Position numbers and translations under genes: made by a program. From IMG/VR virus record IMGVR_UViG_3300045581_000594, positions 717 through 64,716 of that record: DNA of 64,000 nucleotides; one strand, given 5' to 3'. Position 1 is the stretch's first letter, and each line of letters starts with the position of its first letter. This document shows, piece by piece, positions 39,234 to 48,707 of the stretch. The stretch comes from a virus (lineage: Duplodnaviria > Caudoviricetes). The notes under the pieces are model-generated. The model was not told where the DNA came from. It saw nothing but the letters and a program-made list of their open reading frames with translations, and ran no database searches.

Positions 39234-39389
39234 TCCTGAAACAGGAATCAGGATACAGGGTTCAATCTCCCTTCACAAGTAAGGGACTACACCTACCCGC
39301 AATCCTTTCCCGTATCCTGTATCCTGCACCCTGATTCCTGATTCCTGAACCACTAGATATGGTAGAGGATACAGGATACAGGCTACGGG
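39234..39389. repeat. Heptamer (CCTGTAT-like) repeat cluster in both orientations
   Basis: Six tandem units at 39309-39350 (cccgtat cctgtat cctgcac cctgatt cctgatt cctgaac); inverted units at 39239-39264 and 39366-39389. Confidence 0.85.
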
Positions 39390-39548
39390 TGGGGGGTCAA
39401 ATTTTTCTGGAAACAGGTATAAATACAACCATGTGTGTAAAAAATAATTGAAGATACCCATACCTTGTGCTATCAAGGGGTGTGTCCACACCATATGTGG
39501 GGGTGTACCGATGATTTTCCTTATTTCACACCAAGACCAATCCAAATT

Positions 39549-39839
39549 ATGAGCGATCAACCCACACCAGATACCAAAAACGGCACGTATTACGCCAAGA
39601 ATCGAGAAGCAAGGAAGGCGTATCAGCTGAAAAGATACCATGCGCTCAAGAAAATGATTGCCAGACAGCGGAAACTCGCACGGGAACTGGAGCCTGAGAA
39701 GATGCAGGCCTACGACGAATATCAACGGCAGTATTATCGCAAGCATCGGGAGCGCATTTTAGCCCGAAAGAAGGAAATTTACGCCCAAAAACAACCTCGG
39801 CGGAGCCTCATTTCCCGTATCCGGAATCCTGAATCCTGA
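39549..39839 (+). CDS. Basic Tyr/Arg/Lys-rich protein
   Basis: YYAKNRE / YYRKHRERI repeats like the helical extensions of phage HNH proteins. Confidence 0.7.
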   Translation: MSDQPTPDTKNGTYYAKNREARKAYQLKRYHALKKMIARQRKLARELEPEKMQAYDEYQRQYYRKHRERILARKKEIYAQKQPRRSLISRIRNPES

Positions 39840-40018
39840 CTCAGGTAGCATTTACAGGAGCAATTTCGAGCTCCGATTTCGACATGTAAAGTTGTTAGGT
39901 TGCGATATCGAATGGCAACTTTCAAAGGGCGAGCTTGCAGGTTACAGGGTGCAACTTACGACTCGAATGTCGTATGTTTAGCCCTGAAAAGCAGATCCCT
40001 AGATTTTCCGTTTGCTCT

Positions 40019-40185
40019 TTTTGACGTCCCAGAGAAGTTTGAAAAGTTTTTAGAAACCTATGTAATGTAAGTAATGTATGTAATTCTATTAAGATATGTT
40101 AAAGGAATTACATGAATTACTTACATTACCTATATATAGAGAATTTTTATAAGTAAGATTTTTCAGGAATAGGGAAATTCAAACG
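40019..40185. repeat. AT-rich palindromic element, copy 2
   Basis: Direct repeat of 9562-9727 with scattered substitutions. Confidence 0.95.
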
Positions 40186-40216
40186 CTTGCTTTAATTCAT
40201 GTAATGCAAAAAAGAA

Positions 40217-40245
40217 TTGACAACTGGATTTTCGGGGTCTACGTT
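40217..40245 (+). promoter_or_regulatory. Sigma70-like promoter (leaderless spacing to ATG 40252)
   Basis: TTGACA-17 nt-TACGTT-6 nt-ATG. Confidence 0.6.
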
Positions 40246-40251
40246 CGGGGC

Positions 40252-40599
40252 ATGTCTGACACAACGATCGAACCTAACAACTCTTCGTGCAATGCGGCTG
40301 TCGCCGCGACAACCCGCTACGAGCCGAAACGGCTTCCTGAATCCTGTATCCCGATTCCGGACTATCCTGACTTTGCCCTTGACCCTGAGACCTACCTCAT
40401 CTGGCGGGCGAAGCCATCGAAGAAAGGCCACCGCGCTGGGGAGGTCTACCCCCTCAACCCGTGCATCCACCCAAGGGGCAGATTGTGGAGCGTGATGATG
40501 GTCGACGCCGAGGGCAAACGGAAACGGGTTGCCATCTCGAAAGTGATCCGTGAACTGACGGGAGAACTCGATACGCCGATGGGGCGTTTGGAGGCTTGA
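40252..40599 (+). CDS. NUMOD4-like DNA-binding protein without HNH domain
   Basis: IPIPDYPDFAL...LNP...V.M.DAEGKRKRVAISKVI resembles NUMOD4. Confidence 0.55.
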   Translation: MSDTTIEPNNSSCNAAVAATTRYEPKRLPESCIPIPDYPDFALDPETYLIWRAKPSKKGHRAGEVYPLNPCIHPRGRLWSVMMVDAEGKRKRVAISKVIRELTGELDTPMGRLEA

Positions 40600-40642
40600 C
40601 CTTGCCTGCTTTTTAGACTAATCGTAAATACCACACGCCGCT

Positions 40643-42928
40643 ATGTCCTCATACGTCACCCCACCATCCGCCGTCGCCGCAGCTCTCAACGAGTTGGAGC
40701 TTGCCACTCTCGACAAGGATGGCAACCCGCCCAAGGAGAGCCGGATGACCTCCGTGAAGAACGCCGCGAGCCTCTACGTCAAGCTCGTTCAGGCTGACGA
40801 GGAGAGTGCCCGCAAGCGTTCGAAACTTGACGCCATGTTCGATGGTGTTTCGCCCTACGATCAGGCTGTGTTGAAATCCACAGGACAGGGGGCTCGCACA
40901 AACGTGAACTTCGGTGAGGCTCAGCGTTTGCTTGACGTCGGACTGAGTTCGTTTGTCGACCTCTACTCCTCCCTCAAGCGACTGGTCAATGTTAGAATCA
41001 AACGCAGTGCGGCGGGCGAGTTCGATCGCACGGCCGCCGAGCAGATCATCGGCGAGGAGATCTCCGACGCCGTTCGCAAGTGGCCTGAGTTCCACTCCCA
41101 CTACCTGAGACTGGCTACCGAATACACGAAACATGGTGCAGGATTCGTTTACTTCGACAACGCCGTTGACTGGCGTTTCCGTGTTAGCGGTCTTGCCGAC
41201 TTCCTTTTCCCCCGTCAGTCCCGCGCCAGCGAAGAAGCCCTTGAGGTTTGCTGCGTGAAGTTCCCCTACATGTTGCACGAACTCTATCGCTACATCGATA
41301 GCGAGAACCGCGTGGCGGGCAGTGCCTCGTCGCAGAACTGGAACCTTGAGGAGATCAAGCGGGTGATTGTTCGCAACGCCAAGACCGACTCACGCACCTC
41401 CGGTGTGATGGGTTACGACTGGGAGCGGGCAGCTCGTGAGTTCAAGAACAACGACCTCTACATGGGCATGGAGAACACCACTGTCGACATCGTCCACATG
41501 TGGGTCAAGGAGTTTGACGGCTCGATCTCGTTCTTCATTTTCGCCGCTGACAATCCGCAGGAGTTCCTCCTGAAAGAGGTGTCCGTGTTCAAGTCGGCAC
41601 AACAGGCATACATCGCCTTCACCCAAGGGGTCGGCCCTAACGGGACGTTCCATTCGATCCGTGGTCTCGGACAGCGGATCTTTGCTCACATCCAGATGTC
41701 CAACCGCCTGCGTTGCCAGATGGTCGACAGTGCGATGCTGGCAGGCAGCGTGATGTTGCAGCCCGACAGCGAACGTTCGCTCCAGAAGCTGTCCTACACG
41801 ATGTACGGACCCTACTCGATCCTGCCTCCCCAGCTGAATGTTGTGGACAAGACTCCGCCTAACCTGAGCTCGGCGATGCAGCCAGCTCTTACGGACGTGA
41901 GCACCCAACTCGCCCTCAACGCCGATCCGTCAACTGTTTACCAGCAGCAGTCAAGCCCCTACCGCAACGAGCGTCAGGTGGAGAACGATGTTGCCATCTC
42001 GACCCGTCTAACAGGTAGCACGTTGAACCTGTTCTATGCCGCGTGGTCGCGCCTGTGGCAGGAGATCGTCCGGCGCATGGTTGAGAATCAGGATGACCCG
42101 TATGTCCAACGCATCCTCCAGAACATGGAGGAGCGGGGCATCGATCCGAAACTTTTTTCCGCAATCGACACTGACCTCACCTTCGCTGTCAAGGCGATCG
42201 GCAACGGCAGCGCGATTGCCCGTCTGGCCAACCTCCGCGATCTCTACACTGTCGCAGGCAACTTCGACGATGTTGGTAACCTGAACCTTACCCGCGACAT
42301 CACCTCCGAACTTGTCGGCTTCGATCTTGTCGATCGCTACGCACCGCCGACACCAGAGCCACGCACCACCAACGCCACGAAGATCGCCCTCATCGAGAAC
42401 GCTCACATGGAGCAGGGCATGCCCCTCCCTGTGCTCTCCGAGGAGCCACACGGCGAACACATCCGTGCCCACCTGCCACGCCTCAACGAGATCATCGCTG
42501 GCATCGACAGCGGCGAGATCGATCCGATGCAGGCACTCTCACAGGCGACAGTCTTCCACGAGCACATCACCCAGCACAATGCTGCGCTGGCCAACTCGAA
42601 GAACGCCCAAGGGCTCTACAAGTCGACCAAGCAGATTCTCCAGCAGAGCGGCGAGATCATCGCCAACTTCTCCAAGCGTCTCATGAAGATGCAGCGTGAA
42701 GCAGCCCAGCAGCAACAGGAAGCTGTTGGCGGGGAGGCAATGCAGGGCGGACAGCCACAAGCCGCTCCCGTCCCGACTCCGGCCGAGCTGAAGTATCAGG
42801 AACATCAGGTGCGCATGCGGATCGCCGAAGAGGTGGCCATGCAGGAAATGCGCCTCAAAGAGCTCAAACAGCAGCAGGAATTGGCTCTCAGAGACGCCAA
42901 AGAGGCTGCTTCGATGGGGCCTGCGTAA
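40643..42928 (+). CDS. Portal protein
   Basis: 761 aa, first gene of the head module, C-terminal Gln-rich coiled coil as in P22-like portals. Confidence 0.8.
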   Translation: MSSYVTPPSAVAAALNELELATLDKDGNPPKESRMTSVKNAASLYVKLVQADEESARKRSKLDAMFDGVSPYDQAVLKSTGQGARTNVNFGEAQRLLDVGLSSFVDLYSSLKRLVNVRIKRSAAGEFDRTAAEQIIGEEISDAVRKWPEFHSHYLRLATEYTKHGAGFVYFDNAVDWRFRVSGLADFLFPRQSRASEEALEVCCVKFPYMLHELYRYIDSENRVAGSASSQNWNLEEIKRVIVRNAKTDSRTSGVMGYDWERAAREFKNNDLYMGMENTTVDIVHMWVKEFDGSISFFIFAADNPQEFLLKEVSVFKSAQQAYIAFTQGVGPNGTFHSIRGLGQRIFAHIQMSNRLRCQMVDSAMLAGSVMLQPDSERSLQKLSYTMYGPYSILPPQLNVVDKTPPNLSSAMQPALTDVSTQLALNADPSTVYQQQSSPYRNERQVENDVAISTRLTGSTLNLFYAAWSRLWQEIVRRMVENQDDPYVQRILQNMEERGIDPKLFSAIDTDLTFAVKAIGNGSAIARLANLRDLYTVAGNFDDVGNLNLTRDITSELVGFDLVDRYAPPTPEPRTTNATKIALIENAHMEQGMPLPVLSEEPHGEHIRAHLPRLNEIIAGIDSGEIDPMQALSQATVFHEHITQHNAALANSKNAQGLYKSTKQILQQSGEIIANFSKRLMKMQREAAQQQQEAVGGEAMQGGQPQAAPVPTPAELKYQEHQVRMRIAEEVAMQEMRLKELKQQQELALRDAKEAASMGPA

Positions 42929-42990
42929 TTTTTTACATTACTTTTCTGGAAATAATTGACAAAATTGCTTCACTCAGCGATCTTCAACTC

Positions 42991-43392
42991 ATGTTTTTCT
43001 CATGGCGTTCACTACTCGCCCTTCCCAGAAGGGTGTCTAACAAAGTAAAAACCGACGGAGCAACCTCCGCTTCCCGCGCTCACTCCTCATATGCTCATGT
43101 CATTTATGAGCGGTGGCCGATGGCAAAGCGGATGAGGCTGTCCACCCTGCTCAACGATCCTGTCATGCTTGACGCGATCGGCACACTGCAGGTCAGAGCC
43201 GCTCAGGTATCCCCCAAAGTGGATGCGGCTCAGGCGTTGGCTTCCATCAATCACCTCAACGGGTACATGGCTATGGCTCATGACCTTATCGCTCTCTCCA
43301 CTCCGATCGAGTCTCAACACGACAGCTTGCAAGAGTGGGCTTACATCGAAGATGATGCGAGTCCTGTGTCGGGATCTCCTCCGATGGAGTGA
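42991..43392 (+). CDS. Hypothetical head-module protein
   Basis: Between portal and scaffold; TTGACA-17-GATCTT-6-ATG. Confidence 0.65.
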   Translation: MFFSWRSLLALPRRVSNKVKTDGATSASRAHSSYAHVIYERWPMAKRMRLSTLLNDPVMLDAIGTLQVRAAQVSPKVDAAQALASINHLNGYMAMAHDLIALSTPIESQHDSLQEWAYIEDDASPVSGSPPME

Positions 43393-43458
43393 ATACGTAT
43401 TGACAAAAATCAAATACCCACGTCCTGTCTTTTCCATTAACTAGAGTAACCAAATAAT

Positions 43459-44664
43459 ATGTCCACCTCAGCCACACCCGCCCCTACCGCCGACAGCCCA
43501 TCAACCGACACCGCCCCAGCTTCGTTTGGTAGCGGTCTTGTTGACGCCATCAACGCCGCCTTCCTGCCGAGCAACGACCCCTCGATGGCTCAGCAGATTG
43601 CTGCCCCTTCACTTGAGCCGGATGCCCCTGCATCTCCAGCCGACACCCCCGACCCGCTGGACCAAGCCCTCGACCCTCTTGACACCGCTGCGGAGGATCA
43701 GGCTGCTGCCGACGCTGGTGATGACCCGCTCTCGGCTCTCGACGATGTGGTCGGCAAAGACTGGACGGCTCAGGCCGCTCATGCGTTCAAGGAGGTCAAG
43801 TCCCGCCTCAAAGAGGTGGAGCCCAAATACAAGGAGACCCTCTCCCTGCTTGAGCAGCGTGAGGCGCGTATCCGTGAGCTGGAGGCTCTGGCGTCCGACC
43901 CGAAGATCGAGGAGCTCCAGACTCGTGTTGCGGAGTATGAGAAGAAACTTCTGATTCAGGACTTGGAGTCCAGTTCGGTCTACCAAGAGCAGATCGCCCA
44001 ACCCCTGCGTGAGCTCGGAGGAATTGTGGAGACGATCGCCGAACGCTACCAGATCCCCGCTGAGAAGCTGGTGGAGGCGGTATCGCTCTCCGACGAGGTT
44101 GCTCAGGACGAGGCTCTCACGGAACTCCTTGCGGGTGCATCCGACAGGGACAAAGCCCGCATCTACTCTGTGGTCGACCAGCTGACTCCCCTGATGCGTC
44201 AGCGTGAGGAGATCCTTGCCAACGCAGAAGCGGCTGCCCTTGAGGTCAAGGAGCTTGAGCGTGAGCGTGAGATGGCGACTCTGGCAGAGCGTGCTGCCGA
44301 ACGTCAACGCGCCGCCAACATGGTCGCCGATCGTATCGCCGAGAAACTCCCGTTCGTCCGTAGCTTCGATGGGTTTGATTTCTCCGAGGCCGCCAAGGAG
44401 GTTTCACAAGTCGACCCTACCACCCTCGACGCTGTCAACCACACCTACAACGCGATCGCAGCAAAACTGCTGCCTCAGTTCGCCAAGCAGTTTATCGGCC
44501 TTCAGCGCGAGAGGGACTCTCTGGTGGAGAAACTCGCCGCCTACGATAAGTCCCGCCCACGTGCGGGAGGTCCGTCCGGAGGCTCCGGAGCAGCTACCCC
44601 AATGGGCGACTCCTCGCCGGAAGGTTTGTCCTTCGCTCAGGCGGTCGCTTCTCGGATCGGGTGA
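43459..44664 (+). CDS. Capsid scaffolding protein
   Basis: Acidic disordered N-terminus and long coiled coil, directly upstream of the capsid gene. Confidence 0.75.
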   Translation: MSTSATPAPTADSPSTDTAPASFGSGLVDAINAAFLPSNDPSMAQQIAAPSLEPDAPASPADTPDPLDQALDPLDTAAEDQAAADAGDDPLSALDDVVGKDWTAQAAHAFKEVKSRLKEVEPKYKETLSLLEQREARIRELEALASDPKIEELQTRVAEYEKKLLIQDLESSSVYQEQIAQPLRELGGIVETIAERYQIPAEKLVEAVSLSDEVAQDEALTELLAGASDRDKARIYSVVDQLTPLMRQREEILANAEAAALEVKELEREREMATLAERAAERQRAANMVADRIAEKLPFVRSFDGFDFSEAAKEVSQVDPTTLDAVNHTYNAIAAKLLPQFAKQFIGLQRERDSLVEKLAAYDKSRPRAGGPSGGSGAATPMGDSSPEGLSFAQAVASRIG

Positions 44665-44930
44665 CCTTAATCAAATAGTTTATTTTTGCAGTTGACGATT
44701 TGCATTTCTTATGCAATTAGTTGTGCAACCTAATACTGATTCAGGCAGCTCACTGCCAGCAAAGATTCTAACCAGTCCTGCAAAAGTGTTCTAATAGTAG
44801 TCAGAGGAAGGGATATCAGAAGCTATTCGGGGCTTGCCCCACCATCGCTCGCTTCGGCGGTGACAAACAATCGCTTGGTGTGCTTCGCACACTTTCCACT
44901 CTTATCCAACAATTCAACTAACTTACTACT

Positions 44931-46259
44931 ATGGCTGTTCAAGCAGGACAAACTCACGTTGTGGACAACTCCACAACCGTAATCGATACCATTCTCACCC
45001 AAGAGGCAGGACGCCTTAATGGTGATATTCATCGTCGGACCGTTCACATCACCCCGTGGATGGATCTTATCAAGCAAACCGCCTTCCCTGAAGGCATGGG
45101 CTACACCCTCGGCACGGTCATCTATGACCGCGCACTCCCTACCACTGCCGCTAACGGCAGCACGCTGGGCGTTTCGTGGCAGGATATCGGCGGAGCACAC
45201 CCCGCATCCAGCACTGTTGGTGACACCAGCTCTCTCGATCAGCTGATCGCCGGAGCACAGGACACCATGAACGTTCCTACAAAGTCGTTCATTCAGTTCG
45301 CTCGCATGCTGAAACAATACTCGCTGAAACGCGCCGTTATCGAGTCCCCACGGATCAACGTGGAAGACCTCCGTTTCGCCGCTTATCGTGACGAGCAGCT
45401 TTCAGCTGTTGTTGATGCGATGACCGAATCCACTCGCTACACTTGGGAAGAGCGTAACCGCGACGAGTATGATCGTCTCTGCGGTAACTACGTTCTTTGC
45501 AAAACTGCAGGCACGGCTATCACCAGCGGTGCATCTGAAGTGAAGCAGTCGTTCGCTGCCCCAGCCGCTGCTGCCTCCACCACCAAGATCGGTGATGTGG
45601 ACAGCAACAACGACGACACTTGCGACATCAACGCGAACATCTCGAACAAGGTCATGGACATGATCTACTATCGTTTGGTTCGCAATGGTGCAGGTCTCAA
45701 CGCCTATGGTCGCGAGAACGCCCGCCCAGTGTTCGCTGCTGTGATGAGCTCCGAAGCATCCAACACCCTCATCCTTGAGGCCGGAATCCGTGATGACTAT
45801 CGCTACAACAACGCCAAAGTCAGCGAGCTTATCGCTCCTCTCGGTGTTGAGCGTTCGCACAAAGGTTTCTACCATCTCGTCGATGACCTTGCTCCTCGTT
45901 ACACGTTCAACGCTACTACCGACGCCCTTGAGCGCGTGTATCCTTACACCGCATCCAGTGGCATCGTTACGCCGAACAGTGCTTATGAGACCGCTTCCTT
46001 CGAGGCAATCTACATCCTTCACCAAGACGTGATGCAGATCCAAGTCCCTAACCCGATCTCGGGAGCCAAAGGACTGGCCTTCGACCCACTTACCTATCGC
46101 GGTAAGTATACGTGGAAGAATATCATGAATGAGGTCACCAACCCAGATGGAACGATTGGTTACTTCCGTGGCGTTCTCGCCTCGGCATCCAAACCAATCA
46201 AAACCGAGTTTGGTTACGTCATCATCTTCAAGCGTGACACCTCGGCGATCGCCGCTTAA
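44931..46259 (+). CDS. Major capsid protein
   Basis: 442 aa after the scaffold, followed by a terminator; composition fits an HK97-type capsid protein. Confidence 0.8.
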   Translation: MAVQAGQTHVVDNSTTVIDTILTQEAGRLNGDIHRRTVHITPWMDLIKQTAFPEGMGYTLGTVIYDRALPTTAANGSTLGVSWQDIGGAHPASSTVGDTSSLDQLIAGAQDTMNVPTKSFIQFARMLKQYSLKRAVIESPRINVEDLRFAAYRDEQLSAVVDAMTESTRYTWEERNRDEYDRLCGNYVLCKTAGTAITSGASEVKQSFAAPAAAASTTKIGDVDSNNDDTCDINANISNKVMDMIYYRLVRNGAGLNAYGRENARPVFAAVMSSEASNTLILEAGIRDDYRYNNAKVSELIAPLGVERSHKGFYHLVDDLAPRYTFNATTDALERVYPYTASSGIVTPNSAYETASFEAIYILHQDVMQIQVPNPISGAKGLAFDPLTYRGKYTWKNIMNEVTNPDGTIGYFRGVLASASKPIKTEFGYVIIFKRDTSAIAA

Positions 46260-46268
46260 ACCCTAAAC

Positions 46269-46305
46269 CCAGTGCCCCTGCTCCGGTGGGGGCACTGGTT
46301 CTTTT
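46269..46305 (+). terminator. Intrinsic terminator
   Basis: CCAGTGCCCC...GGGGCACTGG followed by TTCTTTT. Confidence 0.8.
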
Positions 46306-46324
46306 AGCCCTAACCTTCAATCAT

Positions 46325-46714
46325 ATGCCTACTCTCGACGATCTCCCAACTCTCGCCCCTACCACACCAACTGGTGATGACCTGCTCCCTATCTACGATC
46401 TGACGGCCGATGGCTCGTCAAAAGTACGTAAGGTCGCGTTGAACCAGATCAGTGGTCTTAGCTCTGCCGACGTAGTGACCGATGCTGATGCTGGTAGCAT
46501 CACCATCAGCTCACGCGTATTGGTTATCTCTGGTGGCTCTACGAGCACCCTCACTCTGCCTGCCGCTTCTGGTTCGCTCCGTGAGGTGTTTGTCATCAAC
46601 GATGGCTCCGGAACGGCTACCCTGCCTAGCCTTGCTGCTGGGACAGAAGCAATCACCACAGGAACCTCGGCCCGCCTTCTCAGCGATGGGACTGGCTGGT
46701 ATCGTGTATCCTGA
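46325..46714 (+). CDS. Head decoration/fibre protein
   Basis: LDDLPTL...GDDLLPIYD...KV motif and TLTLPAA beta-rich domain. Confidence 0.65.
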   Translation: MPTLDDLPTLAPTTPTGDDLLPIYDLTADGSSKVRKVALNQISGLSSADVVTDADAGSITISSRVLVISGGSTSTLTLPAASGSLREVFVINDGSGTATLPSLAAGTEAITTGTSARLLSDGTGWYRVS

Positions 46715-46731
46715 ACGCCAATCATAAACCC

Positions 46732-46785
46732 TTAGCCCCCGATACTTCTCATGCTTTGTTGTGAGGATGTCGGGGGTTAGTTTTT
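46732..46785 (+). terminator. Intrinsic terminator-like hairpin
   Basis: TAGCCCCCGATA...TGTCGGGGGTTA followed by GTTTTT. Confidence 0.65.
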
Positions 46786-46902
46786 GTCTCGTTTTGAGGG
46801 CTGTGGATACCCGCCTAGCCCTATCAGGACGTCGAAAATCCTTAATTGCTTAGTTGACATTTCGGGTCTTATCGTAGAGGATACACCCAGCCAATCAACA
46901 TT

Positions 46903-47190
46903 ATGAACGCAAACACCTCCAAACAGATGTTTTCCGAGTCTGGAACAGTTACCTTAACAAGCAGCAGCGGAGTTGTCTCTGGTGAGTTTGTGGCTCTGCA
47001 ATGTGTTGCGGATACTGTGTTCTCTACCCTAACGGATATTGTGGAGGTAGCTCCTTCTGCTCTAGGTGGATCGGGTTCTTCTCCGGCTTTGTCCCTCACT
47101 TACCCTGCGGGGTTTGTTCTTTTCGGACGTTTCACCGAGGTCGGTGTTACGTCGGGCGCAGTTCGCGTCACCCAAGCCGTACTAATCTAA
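46903..47190 (+). CDS. Small structural protein
   Basis: 95-aa beta-rich ORF behind a TTGACA promoter. Confidence 0.7.
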   Translation: MNANTSKQMFSESGTVTLTSSSGVVSGEFVALQCVADTVFSTLTDIVEVAPSALGGSGSSPALSLTYPAGFVLFGRFTEVGVTSGAVRVTQAVLI

Positions 47191-47202
47191 CACTGAATAA
47201 CG

Positions 47203-47355
47203 ATGCCTCCATATCTCGGTTTAGGACTAACCCTTCCCTCTACTGAGGGGGGAGCGTTGGATTCTTTTCCGGTAGTTCCGCCTACCATAGCTTTGCGAGA
47301 CGAGGCAGGTAACGCAGTGGTAGACGAAAATGACAACCGTATCTTATCGCCATGA
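47203..47355 (+). CDS. Short fibre-adaptor-like peptide (not in ORF track)
   Basis: 50 aa, MPPYLGLGL...LRDEAGNAVVDENDNRI; ATGA overlap with the next gene. Confidence 0.55.
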   Translation: MPPYLGLGLTLPSTEGGALDSFPVVPPTIALRDEAGNAVVDENDNRILSP

Positions 47356-47762
47356 CACTCGCCAACATCCTAGCCCTAGGGGCTGACAGTTCCCCACGTC
47401 TTATCCTCGCTACTGATGAGGGTAAGTTTTACTACATCGCGGCTGGTGCTGCGGGGTCTACGGCTACGTGGATCGCCAACGGGGCTGAGCTTCTGCAAGA
47501 GGCAATCCTCGTTGAGCCTACGACCGCTTACGAGCTTCCTGATCCGGCTGATGGGGACTACATCGGGCAACGCCTGAAGTATCACATTGTGCCTGACGGA
47601 ACCAACGTCGACTTAACGATCAACGCAGCAATTACGATTCCATCAGATTCATTGGTGTCTTTTCCAAAGACCCTCACGGCAGACCTAGTCTACATCGTTG
47701 GTCTTGAGTGGATCGGATCGAAGTGGATGCTTACAACCATTGTGGGAGGAGGGGCAGCATAA
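47352..47762 (+). CDS. Putative tail fibre-associated protein
   Basis: 136-aa beta-rich ORF in the fibre cluster. Confidence 0.65.
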   Translation: MTLANILALGADSSPRLILATDEGKFYYIAAGAAGSTATWIANGAELLQEAILVEPTTAYELPDPADGDYIGQRLKYHIVPDGTNVDLTINAAITIPSDSLVSFPKTLTADLVYIVGLEWIGSKWMLTTIVGGGAA

Positions 47763-47765
47763 TTT

Positions 47766-48695
47766 ATGGATCTCTATTTCAAAGACGTAAACGCAACGGG
47801 AAGCTGGAACGACCCAGATCATTGGTTTGAGGACGCAGCAGCTACAATCCCATACAACGCCGTGCCTTGGGTTACTGACGATGCCACAAAAGCGTATGAC
47901 CTGCATCGAAGCACCGACAGCGTAGCGAATGGTGAAATTGTTTATATCGACGCAGACATTGGAAATGGGTTCACCATCACTGGAACTTGTAGTATTGGTT
48001 ATGAAGCTGGGGCTACTAATTTAGGTTTCCTGCAAAACAATTACAATATTTACAGTGGAACATTTACTGGGGGGTCTTTTTACAACTCAGGCTCGATTTA
48101 TGATGGTTCATTTACTGGGGATTATTTTAGTAACAACTCAACTATCGAGGGAGGAACATTTACCTGTCCAACTTTTTATAATTCGAGCGGTGGATACATT
48201 AATTATATAGATTACAACGGAGATCAGTTTAATAATAATAGCGGGAATATATACGCTGGAACATTTACCGCAACTTACTGTAACAATGACGCTGGCGGAA
48301 ATATTTATGGAGGTAGATTTAATGTAGATTACTTTTATAATAATTATAGTACCTATATTTACGGAGGTTACTTTGCTGGTAGTGAAATGAATAATTACTC
48401 TTACATTTACAATGGAGTTTTTGTAAGTGATTTTTTTAATGATTCTGGTGGATATATCTATAGCGGAATTTTTGCTCCAAGCAGTTCTAACTTTGGATTC
48501 GCTATTTACGGCGGATCTTTTCTAGAAAGCGGAACTATGGATGTTGATTTTGTTGAATATATCAACGGCAGTTATGAATCTTTTGTTTTTTCGATAACTG
48601 GAAAAACAACTAACCCATACCCAGTTAATAATGGGATTGGACTGGTTACAATGCGTATCAGAGGACAAGACGTTCTTGGAACAGGACTACTTTAA
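47766..48695 (+). CDS. Beta-helix repeat protein, putative receptor-binding protein
   Basis: Repeats of IYxGxFxG..FxNx; Asn/Tyr-rich; low-GC core. Confidence 0.75.
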   Translation: MDLYFKDVNATGSWNDPDHWFEDAAATIPYNAVPWVTDDATKAYDLHRSTDSVANGEIVYIDADIGNGFTITGTCSIGYEAGATNLGFLQNNYNIYSGTFTGGSFYNSGSIYDGSFTGDYFSNNSTIEGGTFTCPTFYNSSGGYINYIDYNGDQFNNNSGNIYAGTFTATYCNNDAGGNIYGGRFNVDYFYNNYSTYIYGGYFAGSEMNNYSYIYNGVFVSDFFNDSGGYIYSGIFAPSSSNFGFAIYGGSFLESGTMDVDFVEYINGSYESFVFSITGKTTNPYPVNNGIGLVTMRIRGQDVLGTGLL

Positions 48696-48707
48696 CAAAC
48701 AAAACAT

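Noticed and set aside
47766-48695. Diversity-generating retroelement
   Set aside because: No reverse transcriptase and no template/variable repeat pair was seen in the window.
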